This document shows positions 1-11,722 of a DNA stretch of 64,000 bases, one piece after another (position 1 is the stretch's first letter; the number at the start of each line of letters is the position of its first letter). Location of the stretch: contig OZ024740.1 in the NCBI GenBank assembly GCA_964016885.1, positions 258,664,001 to 258,728,000 of the forward strand. Direction: 5' to 3'. The position numbers were made by a program, and so were the translations under genes. Source of the stretch: Eledone cirrhosa (taxonomy: Eukaryota). Under the pieces are notes generated by a model. The model was not told where the DNA came from. It ran no database searches and worked only from the letters and a program-made list of their open reading frames with translations.

Positions 1-970
1 CGCCTAGAGTTTCTCAGAGCACGTCGTCGCACTTGCTGCGGACCAACCCTCTATAGAATGTCGAAGTGGAGTCTCCACTGATCGCCGGGTCCGTTTGCCA
101 GAGGACTGTGAGCGCCTGAGCACATTCGATGTGCCAGTCGCCCATTTTCCTCGGTATTTGCTTGACCCAGGACTGCGGCTCGGTCAGCGAGACGAGTTGT
201 GGGAAGGCTCGCCTCACGAATGGGGCCCACACCTTTTGTCTGGTGAGGAATACGTGGAGGTGCCGCAGCCTGAGCGCGTGTTTGCGCATCGTCAGCCAGG
301 GGATCCTCAGCCCTCCGTTTGAAGGGTGTTGGCAGGAGATGGATCTTTTCACCAAAGGAGCCCGTTTCTTCCAAAGGAATTGGAAGAGCGCGCGCTCCAT
401 TTTGGTGAGCGTTTTGGCTGGACAAGGCACGTCGGTCAAGCGGTAGCAGATGATGGACGCTATAAAAGTGTTCGCCACCTCCGCTCGAACTTTCAAGGAT
501 AATTTGCACTTTGCCCACTTCTGGGTGAGCGCAAACGCCTTGGCCGTCACCTCGTTCCAGTTCTTCTCCACCTCGAGGTCAGGACCAAACCAGACCCCGA
601 GCAGCTTTACCGGTCCTTTCGTCCAGCGTCCGACGACGCCATCGGAAGGCATCGGTTTGCCTCTCCACGTTCCGAGTTGCAAACCGACGGATTTGTCCCG
701 GTTCAGCTTCGCTCCTGTGAACCTTTCGAATTCCACCAGTAAGGTGCCGATCTCCCCGATTTGCGAGGTGCTCGACACCATTACTATAATGTCGTTGGTG
801 TAGGCCGACGCCGCTTTTCGCAGTCCCGATTCCAGAGGTATGCCCTGCAATAGCTCCAACTTCCGCAGTAGTGGCTCGAGAGTCAGTACGTACAGAAGGG
901 GGGAGAGAGGGCATCCCTGTCGAATGGATCGCGTGATATGGAACGGCTCCGAGAGGTAGGCGTTCACCTT
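1..970 (-). mobile_element. 5'-truncated Tx1/L1-clade LINE, RT region, running off the window start
   Basis: ORF 14..1069 has RT motifs RSIRQGCPLSPLLY, AYTNDI (decayed YADD) and KLLGVWF. It is homologous to 8900-9865. The truncation point abuts (GATA)n. Confidence 0.9.
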
Positions 971-989
971 GATAGATAGATAGATAGAT

Positions 990-1062
<73 letters not shown>

Positions 1063-1088
1063 CATACATAGATAGATAGATACATAGA
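971..1088. repeat. (GATA)n microsatellite
   Basis: Direct reading. Confidence 0.97.
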
Positions 1089-1130
1089 TGGTCATCATTT
1101 TGTTATCACCAAATTCATCATCATTATAAT

Positions 1131-1222
1131 CTTCAAATCCCTCCTAGGCTAACTTTGCCTATCATCCTTACGGGGTTGATAAAATAAAGTACCAGTAATG
1201 CACTGGATTAACTGCTGGTCTT
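1131..1222 (+). mobile_element. SINE 3' remnant (Deu/Nin-domain-like)
   Basis: ctttgcctatcatccttacggggttgataaaataaagtaccagtaatgcactg, shared with the 19287 and 29560 copies. Confidence 0.75.
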
Positions 1223-1239
1223 CAACAACATCTTTAACA

Positions 1240-2390
1240 AAATCATCACTATCATCCTCATCACCATCATCATCACTATAATCATCACTATCATCACATT
1301 CATCGTCATCACTATCTGCATCATTCTCATCACTACCATCATCGCTACCATCATCACATCAAACGCCAACACCATCACCACTATCACCAGCAACACCACT
1401 ACCATCACCACCAACACCACCAACACCACCACCATTACCAGCAACAATATCAAACCACCACAAACGCCAACACTAACACCGCCGCCACTAAACCCCCACC
1501 ATCATCAACCGTATCATCATCACCAACAACACCACCTATGCCACCCCTAATAGCGCCGCCACCAACACCACCAACACCTCCAACATCCACACCACCGACA
1601 GCAATACCACCAGCATCACGACCATTACCACCGCCATCATAAACAGCATCACCATCACCAACAACACCACCTATGCCACCCCTAACAGCGCCGACACCAA
1701 CACCACCAACACCTCTAACATCCACACCACCGACAGCAATACCACCAGCATCACGACCATTACCACCGCCATCATAAACAGCATCACCATCACCAAGAAA
1801 ACAATACTCTACAGCAAGAATATAAGCCAGTATGTCTTAGCCTGAGAACTATATTCTCCCACACTGTTAGAAACAGAGTTTTCTCTGTCTTACCAGTTTC
1901 CTATTCACAACACACCCCCGCCATTATGTCCTACATACGCCACCACCAGCCCTCTACATATACTACTACCACCCTTCCAGCTGCTTGGCTCAACCCCGAC
2001 ACCTACACCTTCTCTGACAGTTCCTGTAGTAGCAACACTCTCTTCTCTCTTAATCTTAGGCTCACCTTTACCCTCTCACCCCACGCTACCATCCTAACTC
2101 CCCCACTCACCCGCTACACCCACCTCACATGCCTCAACTCCACCTCCCTACTCACACTCACTCTCACTGCTATAACGGTTATTCCCATCCCTCCACTTCA
2201 ACTACCACCACCCAATCCGCTACACCACCGTCGTGATTTAACCTACGCCGACTGCCCCAACCACCACCAAGGCCTGACTATCACTACCACCAGTGCTCCC
2301 TCACCCTACGTGCCCGCTACTGCCCCCTCAAACACCCACACACCGACAACCTCACCCATCACTACCATCACCACTCTCCACGCCGCCATA
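1240..2390. repeat. CAC/CAT-rich low-complexity tract with an internal ~150-bp tandem duplication (about 1515-1795)
   Basis: acaccacctatgccacccctaa...gcatcacgaccattaccaccgccatcataaacagc occurs twice. Confidence 0.8.
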
Positions 2391-2684
2391 TTTCGTCAGA
2401 TGACACACAGACATAGCTCTGTCCGCTTCCATTTTTTCCCAGGAGTTTTGCCACTTATTTAAGAGTCGTTGACTACAACTCAATCAAGAATTAATTACAC
2501 ATTCACACACATACATATATCTGTATTTATATATATATAAGTGTATGTGTCCACACAACTTTGTATATATATATTTGTGTGTGTGTATGTATATAAATGT
2601 ATACATACATATTTACATATATTCACATACACACACATATATATATATAGATGATTCCTCGTTATCTATAATATATATATATAT

Positions 2685-2745
<61 letters not shown>

Positions 2746-2974
2746 CATACATATTTACATATATTCATATATATCGCTAAAAAGCTTTCTCCGATAATGT
2801 ATATATATATATATATATATATATTGGATAAATCTATATCCTGATTCTTTTTGAATTGAGTCTGAATTATTTTTCCCATATCTTATGTTAACTATTTTCC
2901 CATTTTGACGCTATAGTCGCATATATGTTATGGAATACTGTTAGCTTCTCGCTACAACAATTTCTATACTTTTC

Positions 2975-3069
<95 letters not shown>

Positions 3070-3155
3070 TCCTCCAAAGAGGGCTCGATAAGGTTAAATA
3101 TATATCAAACAGATAAGAACCCTAGAGCAAATATTTATTAGAATAACAGATTAAA

Positions 3156-3204
3156 GTTTAAGCAAAGAATCGCTGCTTTCACCCTTAACGGGATCTTCTG
3201 AAAC
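3156..3204 (-). ncRNA. Hammerhead-like motif with CAGAAGA core in a PLE terminal fragment (about 3065-3480)
   Basis: Minus strand reads gttt CAGAAGA tccc-gttaa-gggt GAAA gcagcgattctttgc TT aaac. Homologues lie at 21988-22085 and 33865-33909. Confidence 0.6.
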
Positions 3205-3543
3205 TGAAAAAATCAATCTGTGAACGCAGAAGTAAATATTTCGAAAAACGTTGCAACCGAACGAAAACAGAAAGACGATACTTTGGTTCGTGAAGAGGTT
3301 CCCTGGCAATGAACGGAAAAAAAAGTGAAGATAATACGTCGTTATGTGCAGCGATGTGAGCAAATACACGCAAAGACAAAACCACGTTTATGGTATAGAC
3401 TAATATTCTATTTAGGAAACCGAATGATCTCGGCTTCGAAGTTAAGAATAAAGTAAATAAATTAGTTGAACGAAAATGACAGGGCTTATTAAAATCATAA
3501 AAGTAATAATAATTAAACATATACATACACATATCTATATACG

Positions 3544-4310
3544 AGGAATATGAAGGTCCACATCACCAACAGCCCTAAGAGCGGCACCGCACCAGGATGC
3601 TCTTGCCGAAAGCGTGAAGCTTGTCCCCTTCAACGGCAATGCAACACACCTGCTGTAGTTTATGCAGCAGTGTCACTTCCAACCGACCAAACCAACAACA
3701 GGAGGTCAACTCCTATGTGGGTATGGCGGAGGGACGGTTTAAGGAACGCTTCCTGAACCATCAGTCGACCTTTAGGTACCGGACAAACGATCATCCACGA
3801 AGCTTGCCAGCCACGTATGGTCCCTCAAAGACTCAACTATAGACTACTCCATTCAATGGAAAGCTATCACTAAGTCCAAGCCATACGTAGGTGACAATCC
3901 GTCTTGTGGACTGTGTATTAAAGAAAGGATCAATATTCTAAGGAGATTGCGCAATAGTGATTGCCTAAATTCAAGAAATGAAATCTTCTCACGTTGTCCA
4001 CACGGCTGGAAACACCTCTTGTTTCAAAGCTCCGGATTGTCACAAAGCTCCGGATTGAATAACATCCACATCCTAATATTCTAATCAACTCGAACAATTT
4101 ATTCCGGACATTTGCAGTTATCTTCTTTACACCTTTCGACCTTGGATTTTTATCGCTTGGGAGAAGTGACCGCTTCTGCGCATGCGCATTCATACGGTTG
4201 TTTCTCCTTTTCCTGTTCCGTATAACCATTATCAGTCCGAGCTGAAGATCCGCATAACGTGAAACAATTGTTCTCGGTATGGTGAACTAACTTTGTGTTA
4301 CCACTTCTAT
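3544..4310 (+). mobile_element. 5'-truncated Penelope-like element: GIY-YIG endonuclease remnant plus pseudo-LTR
   Basis: Frameshifted GCSCRKREACPL..C...AVVY / YVGMAEGRFKERFLNH / C.LC..E, followed by an HHR motif. Confidence 0.85.
4237..4277 (+). ncRNA. Minimal type I hammerhead ribozyme motif
   Basis: ccgag CTGAAGA tccgcataacgt GAAA caattg TT ctcgg. Stem I pairs, stem III is palindromic and stem II is weak. Confidence 0.7.
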
Positions 4311-4315
4311 ATATA

Positions 4316-5045
4316 TATTTCCCTTCTATTTTCCTTCTCTCCCTCCTCCGTTTTCCCAATAACGTACCCAGTTATTGAACGCTCTGGGGGTAGATATATT
4401 GTCTTTAAAGCGTTGAAATATCCGAGAGACCAGTAGACAACTGATGAGGAAATCCACCCCCAGCCCCCGTTCTTGCTTTCTTCTCATTCAGTACGAAGAG
4501 AGCATCCTGGTGCGGTGCCGCTCTTAGCGCTGTTGGTGATGTGGACCTTCATATTCCTCATTCCATTTTAAAGCCTACCTTAACTAGCAACTACACAGCC
4601 ATCCTATCCACCATATATTTTATCATGTTTCGCTGTGACCAATCTTCTCTCTCCCTCTACCTACCTATTTCGTTACTATCTACGCTTCCCCTTCTTTCTT
4701 CCTCTCCATTTCTCCCTCTCACTTTTACTCATCCTCTCTCTTTCTGCTACCTCATTGTTTCCCTCGCCTGAAGTTCTAGCAGTCCTTTTCTCACTTACAC
4801 TCGCTTGGGTCAGTCGTGTCTTTTCGTTCGATCACTCGCTCTTGAACTTAGGTTCTGTTACCGCTGTGGTCTTGTATTCTCTTGCCTTCACTTGCTTGCA
4901 CATTCTTCGGTTTGTTGTTTTTTTCGCTGTTTTCTCTTTTCTTCCCTTTTTCCCCTTTCCCTTCTATTTTCCTTCTCTCCCTCCTGTTTTCCCAATAACT
5001 TACCCAGTTATTGAACGGTCTGGGGGTAGATATATTGTCTTTAAC
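4316..5045 (+). repeat. Interspersed repeat with ~90-bp terminal direct repeat; homologue on the minus strand at 47219-47610
   Basis: ttttccttctctccctcc...cccagttattgaacg.tctgggggtagatatattgtctttaa occurs at about 4320-4408 and 4958-5044. Confidence 0.75.
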
Positions 5046-5369
5046 TTAGAAGGATATTTCAGCGAGATTCGGCAGTATGCTCAATAGTTTTTGTGGTAGG
5101 TGAGGACGGCCGATTGAACAGGGATTTCGAGACTACAAATAAGTAGTAACTTAACCACAATCATGCTAGTCGATACATCAATCTCCATCGATCAATCGAC
5201 CCACTGAATCGATCGTAAAACAATGAACTAACGATCTAGCTACATCTGACGACTGTTTTTTATTGTTCTATATAAAAAAGACCCCCCCACACACACACAC
5301 ACACATACTCACACACACACGTGCACGCACATACACATACACACGCATATATATATATATATATATATG

Positions 5370-5799
5370 ACCTAAGATTAATATGATTCATTGATTACTC
5401 AATGAATATAGTTTTACAATAGATTAAAAGCACTCTACAAAGAAGTTTTCTGGAGTTAGTAATATTAATATTAATAAATGAATACGTTCACATAATCAAA
5501 ATATATGTTTTATTATATATATTTCGGAGGTAGTGTGCTGTTTTTTAGTACACCCTCATCAGATAAAATATATGAATTGATGCATGACATAACTCAACTG
5601 TCTTGATGGTTCAATTCCAGTCTTGGAATTGACTACCAAGACTGGAATTGAAGAATCAAGACAATTGAGGTATGTCATGCATCAATTCATATATTTTATC
5701 TGATGAGGGCGTACTGAAAAAACAGCACAGTACCTCCGAAATATATATAATAAAACATATATTTTGATTATGTGAACGTATTCATTTATTAATATTTTG

Positions 5800-5800
<1 letters not shown>
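5370..5800. mobile_element. Fold-back PLE terminus with inverted arms 5467-5626 and 5636-5796, flanked by (TA)n
   Basis: Arms are near-perfect reverse complements. Same family as 33487-33830. Confidence 0.85.
5694..5755 (+). ncRNA. Type I hammerhead ribozyme motif (mirror copy at 5508-5568, minus strand)
   Basis: ttttat CTGATGA gggcgtactg...cagtacctcc GAAA tatata TA ataaaa. Confidence 0.8.
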
Positions 5801-5851
<51 letters not shown>

Positions 5852-5854
<3 letters not shown>

Positions 5855-6010
5855 CCGGGATCTCGTCGGCTGAGCTTTTGACGTTTCAACAGCTGAGTTT
5901 GGTACTAGCTGTTGAAAGAGCAAGAGCTCAGCCGTCTTTAATACTACCCCAAGTATCGAGTAATCTGGTGAGTAATGGTCTAGCAGGTTTTTACTGCATC
6001 CAGTTTGATT
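5852..6010. mobile_element. Tiny fold-back PLE 3'-end fragment carrying half a hammerhead
   Basis: agctgttgaaa...agctcagccg occurs in both orientations. The tail tactacc..aagtat.gagta is shared with 33221-33385 and 59365-59560. Confidence 0.55.
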
Positions 6011-6050
6011 TATATGTGTATATCTATCTATCTATCTCACTCGCTTTCTT

Positions 6051-6116
<66 letters not shown>

Positions 6117-6181
6117 GATAGAATCCTTTCTGGATTCTATCTCGCGTCCTGCGGACGTGTTTTGAAACTCTAAATGAGGTA

Positions 6182-6275
6182 TCCTCTTGATAAGTCGGCA
6201 AACTTCACAAAAATACTGCATCTCTGGGATGTAGTGTTTTTTGCATAATAAGCCACGAAACTACGTAGTCGAGGA
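6182..6275 (+). ncRNA. Type I hammerhead motif with U3-A8 core and 63-nt stem II region
   Basis: tcctc TTGATAA gtcggc...gccac GAAA ctacgtag TC gagga. Confidence 0.75.
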
Positions 6276-6502
6276 GTAGTGAGGAAATTTGGGTATGGTA
6301 TATCTTATTAATTATATCTGATGTTTTTTCTTTCTTTATAATGTATTATATAGCTCTGATACTGAATCAATCTAATTCATTCGGATTATTTTGTCCCAGT
6401 TATTCATAGAGCAACAACGGTTAAGGTTGGCACGACACAAATTCAGGGATATATGTGGATATATTCATGTATATGTATGTGTTCGCAAGTATCTCTGTAC
6501 TT

Positions 6503-6672
<170 letters not shown>

Positions 6673-7107
6673 ATATGCATGTGGTTATGTATGTTATATA
6701 TGTACGTGTATATGGGTGTATATCTATATTGAGGTGTACATATTTATGTGTGTGTGTATATATATGTAGATATGAGTGTATGTATATATTTATGTATGTA
6801 TATATATCTATATGTGTGTGCGGGGATGTGTGTGTACGTATATGTCTTTATTTTTTCCTTCTCCTCTTTTATAATATTTTTTATCAAGTTTATATTTCTC
6901 TTTTTAGATTTATCATCTATTAATTTTTAAAATAAGGTTTTATAATAATGTGTTAGAATGGTTTGACGTTATATTTCTGTAGTTGGACAGCATAGATTTT
7001 CCATGCATTATGGCGTCACTTTGAATTTTTAAATGTAAACAATTTCTTTGGCTGCTGGCTGTCGAGCGGTTTCTTAAGGGTATAATGAGGTTTATAATCT
7101 TAAATAA

Positions 7108-7154
7108 CTGATTTTGACAAATCCCAGGAAGGGGTCGAAACGTTTGTAAATCAG
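7108..7154 (+). ncRNA. Type I hammerhead motif with U3-A8 core
   Basis: ctgatt TTGACAA atccc-aggaa-ggggtc GAAA cgtttg TA aatcag. Confidence 0.65.
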
Positions 7155-7396
7155 CACTTAATGTAAAAATGTATTTGGTATCAATTTTAATGAATAATTT
7201 GCTCCATGTGTAATTATTATTTTTAGCACAATAGGATTTTGTGTACATGATTGTTTGGAAAAGTCTTTCAAAGAGGTATGAAACATAGCCTTTTATACTG
7301 TTTATTATAAATTTCACTGTTTTTAGTTGTTTTTTACTTCTCAACCTCTGCTTCTAATTTTTCATATTGTTTTTGTAAAAAACGACATCTATTTCA

Positions 7397-7467
<71 letters not shown>

Positions 7468-7514
7468 GTCTGTGTGTATGGTTGTGTGTGGGCATAAATA
7501 TATATATACACACA

Positions 7515-7557
<43 letters not shown>

Positions 7558-7603
7558 GTCTGTGTGTATGGTTGTGTGTGGGCATAAATATATATATATA
7601 TAT

Positions 7604-7641
<38 letters not shown>

Positions 7642-7774
7642 GAATAAATGAACAAAGAACAAAAAACAGTGAGGCAGTACAAATGATATGGTTTTTAGTT
7701 TCCACACATATATTCATATATATATTATAAAATAACAGGAGGCTGGACTGGTGTAATTCTTTAAAAGGTTTATG

Positions 7775-7832
7775 ATACTATGATCATTTCAATGACCTGG
7801 TTCAGCATGAATCCGGTGACATCATCAGGTAT
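7775..7832 (-). ncRNA. Type I hammerhead motif
   Basis: Minus strand reads atac CTGATGA tgtcaccgg...ccaggtcatt GAAA tgatca TA gtat. Confidence 0.7.
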
Positions 7833-8000
7833 TCGAAATATAACAAAGGAGTAGAATAGACAAAATCCATGGGGCTGAAAATCAGAGACATGAAGGCGAC
7901 CGAACATTTAGCAGCTTCTACCCCGGTCGGCCGCCCTCAAGTTATATATATATATATACATTTATATTTATGTATATATAATGCGAGAGATGGGTGGGGG

Positions 8001-8006
8001 ACAGAC

Positions 8007-8097
<91 letters not shown>
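8001..8097. repeat. (GATA)n microsatellite at the 3' end of the Tx1-like LINE
   Basis: Direct reading. It follows AATAAA on the minus strand. Confidence 0.95.
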
Positions 8098-8098
<1 letters not shown>

Positions 8099-8315
8099 TT
8101 CTTTATTTGACACAAGGGCGCAATACAAATACATGCCGCGGATTTTACATACAGTCGTGTAAAAAATATAAAAACAAATAATTACAACAATCGAAATCCC
8201 AATAGGGAGGAAGCGCCACAAATGGGTTGTTTAATACCCCGTCAATAGAACAACCCTCAACTCCAGGAATGTGTTGTGAAAGTGCTCCTTTCTTCCTTTT
8301 GCTCTCTTCTTCAGC

Positions 8316-11300
8316 CTACAGGCTTATAAACAGAGAAAGCCCAATCACTCGGGCCATTTTCGCTTCATTCACCCACCTTTCAGTAAATTTACTGGGGTGC
8401 AGTGCCTCTCTCTCCACTCTGATTCTCCTTCTAAAGTGATACTTAAAGAAGGGAATCAATTGTTGTCCAGAGAGAAAGGCATCTGTCCTCAGTCTTCTCA
8501 ATCTCGTCCACCATATAACTTCTTTCACCATAGCCACCGTACAGAGGAAAACCGCCTCTCTTTCGTTTTTGAAAGAGGCTGGCGGTTTGATCGTTACTAT
8601 GGACTCGGCAGTCCCAACTTACTGTCCCATACGCGACAGCAGTTGTTCTGCATAGTTGGACAGGTCGGTTACGCCCGAGCAGTGTACAATTGCGTGCAGG
8701 ACTGTTTCAATGTCCTGCACGCATCTTGGACACGTCCTCTTGGAAGGATCCCTGCCGGGGCGTTCGTGCCTGTAGATCTTGTCACAAACCGGTAGAGCTT
8801 CTCTGTAGCACTGCCAGGCCAGGGACCTCTGGAAGTTGTCCATAGGTCCCGGGCGGAAAGTCCTACCAAACAGACTGGTGAGCTCATCGTCGTCGACGCC
8901 TAGAGTCTCTCCGAGCACGTCGTCGCCCTTGTAACGTACAATCCCTCTATAGAATGTCGAAGTGGAGTCTTCACTGATTGCTATGCCCGCTTGCCAGAGG
9001 ATTGTGAGCGCCTGAGCGCATTCAATGTGCCAGGCCCCCATCGTTTTCGGTCTTTTCTTGACCGAGGACTGCAGCTCCGTCAGTGAGACGAGCTGACGAG
9101 CTGTGGGAAAGCCTGTCTCACAAACGGTGCCCACACCGGTTGGGGGTAGGTGAGTAATACCTGGAGATGCCGTAGCCTCAGCGCATGTTTGCGCATCATC
9201 AGCCACGGCATTCCCAGCCCTCCGTTGGAAGGGTGCTGACAGCAGACGGATCTCCTCACCAGCAGAGCCTGCGTCTTCCACAGAAACTGGAAGAGCATGC
9301 GTTCCATCTTGGCGAGGTGTTCACGGGGACAAGGCACGACAGTCAAGTAGTAGTAGATGACGGACGCTATGAAAGTGTTCGCCACCTCCGCTCGACCTTT
9401 CAAAGACTGTTTGCACTCTGCCCACTTCTGGATGAGTGCAAACACCTTGGCTGTGACCTCGTTCCAGTTTTTCTCCACCTGGAGTTCTGGACCGAACCAG
9501 ACCCCGGTTCGTCCGTCCAGCGTCCAACGACGCTGTCGGACGTCATCGGTTAGCCTCTCCACATACCGAGTTGCAAACCGACAGACTTGTCCGGGTTTAG
9601 TTTTGCTCCCGTCACCGTTTCGTATTTTTCAGTAAGTTTCCGATCACCCCGATCTCTGAGGTGCTCGACACCATTACCGTCACGTCGGCGGCATAAGCCG
9701 ACGTTGCTTTGCGTAGTCCCGGTTCTAGAGGAATACCCTGCAACAGTTCCAATTTCCGCAGTAGTGGCTCTAGAGTCAATACATACAGAATGGAGGAGAG
9801 AGGGCACCCCTGTCGAATGGAACGGGTGATTGCGAACGGCTCCGATAAGTAGCTGTTCACCTTGACCCTCGAGCAGATGCTGGTGTGCATCGCCTCGATC
9901 CAGCCTCTGAAAACGGGACCCTAACTGGCAGCCTTGAGAACCGCTTCCAAGTATCGATGGTTGACCCTATCGAATGCCTTAGACTGATCTAAATTGGTCA
10001 GAGCCCCACCGAAGCCGGATTTACTACCCACCCTCTCTAAGATGTATCGCATGAGGTGGAGGTTGTCGTGTATGGACCTGGTCGGGATTGCACACGTTTG
10101 CGCTTTCTCTACCAGGTTCTCGACGACAAGCACTAACCTCATCGCTAGCACCTTGGCCAAAATCTTTAACTCTGTGTTGAGCAGTTATGGGCCTGAAGTT
10201 GTTAATTTCGTCCCCCTTGTTCTCGTCTTTCCTGATCAGCGTTACTACGCCCTTGCCTGCAGAAATGGGAATTCTCCCGTTCTGCTGCCAATTGCAGTAG
10301 ACGGCTTCGCTGACGCCCGAGAACGAGTCCGGCATGCCTATGTAAAACTCATAGGGTAGATCTTTTGCAGAACTCGGCGTCCCTGTTCGAGAGAAGCGGC
10401 AGGCCGTCGAGGTATGAACTAAATTCCATTGCCTCGTTCGGCTCACCGTCGTTCTGCTCAAACAGTCGCGCAAAGTGCTGCTGAAAGGCCGCGCACATTG
10501 CTTGAGGTTAAGTAGCACGCGTCCGTTTTGGTCTTTCAAAGACCGAATCGTAGACTTGTTGCCACTTATCGCCTCCGCCACTCGGGCCCAGCTGACAGCT
10601 TTCGCTCCTTCGTTTCCTAGAGCACGTGTTTTGCTTCTGACCACGCAGCCTTCGTGTTTCGCATCGAAGAACTGGTCCAGTTCCGTTCTCGACGCTAACA
10701 CTCTAGCCGCGTTGCCACTTCTAAGTGCCTCTTCTACCTTGGCTACTAGTTATCTTTCTATTTTGTTTTTCTCTAAGGCTAACTCTCTGCTATACCCTAT
10801 CGATTCTATTCTAATTGCTTTCTTGAGAGAGTACCACCATCTATTGTTGACGATGGCTCCCGTTAACTGTTGCTTAACTAGTCTACTTATCCGTTCACTG
10901 TAAGCTTTACGTGCCGGCAACGACACGTTCAGCTTCCAGTATCCGGGACCCTGTCTATGTATTCTATCACGGTTGACTAAGCAGACGACTAACTTGTGAT
11001 CTGAATAGGCAACCATGTGCATTCGTGGACAGTTTAACATCTCCTTGTCCCTTTCTCTAATGAAGAACCTATCTAAATACGATCAAGATATCCCACTGCG
11101 GTTTGCCCACGTCCACTCTGGTGCAGTCGGGAAATCCAGTCGATACCTATCGGCCAGTTGGAATTGGCCGATTAAAGTTTTGAGGCTGTTGCACCCCGCT
11201 CTACTTTAACATGCTCCCACATAGTCCCATCGTGCATCTAGGATACCATTCCAATCCCCCACTAAAAGTAAGGAGCGAGACGTTCCCAGAAAAGACTCTA

Positions 11301-11681
11301 GGCGCTTAAAGAAGTCTGGCCGTGATTGCGATTGCCCGGTCGGGGTATAAACGACCACCAGTCTGAAAGCTCCACCTCCAATACTGTTCACGTCTAGGAC
11401 TACCAGTCTACCCTCCGGGTCCAAGTGTACTTGCTGTGCTCCGACGTCCAGGTTCTTCCGAAACATGACATCCACTCCACCTCCACCTCCTGGCTGACAG
11501 AGAGATGCGTAGATCTCAAAGTCGTCGAAGATGGGGGTTAGTTGCTGCCTGTTGTGGATCCCGGACTCGGTGATGGCTAACACATCCATACTGTGTGACC
11601 TAAGGTCGTTTAAAAGTTGACACTGTTTCCAGGCATCCCTAGGCTACGCACATTCACGGTTCCAACTCGTAAACTAGCCAT
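8316..11681 (-). pseudogene. LINE ORF2 (APE endonuclease - RT - CCHC), frameshifted
   Basis: Starts MASLRVGTVNVRSL at 11681. Motifs: LAITES, LLVGDWN, YSDHKLV, GPGYWKLN, LDQSKAFDRVNH, IRQGCPLS, AYAADV and CPRC..ETVLHAIVHC. Confidence 0.9.
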
Positions 11682-11722
11682 GTTGGTGAAGAAAAGTTGG
11701 AGAAAAAGGACGAAAGGTGCAC

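Noticed and set aside
1450-2462. Gly-rich and Thr/Pro-rich ORFs
   Set aside because: They derive from CAC-rich simple repeats.
4385-4465. Possible permuted hammerhead (ttgtct/agacaa CTGATGA, ctgggggt/acccccag)
   Set aside because: There is no correctly placed GAAA or stem III, and the pairing is not kept in the 47.3-kb homologue.
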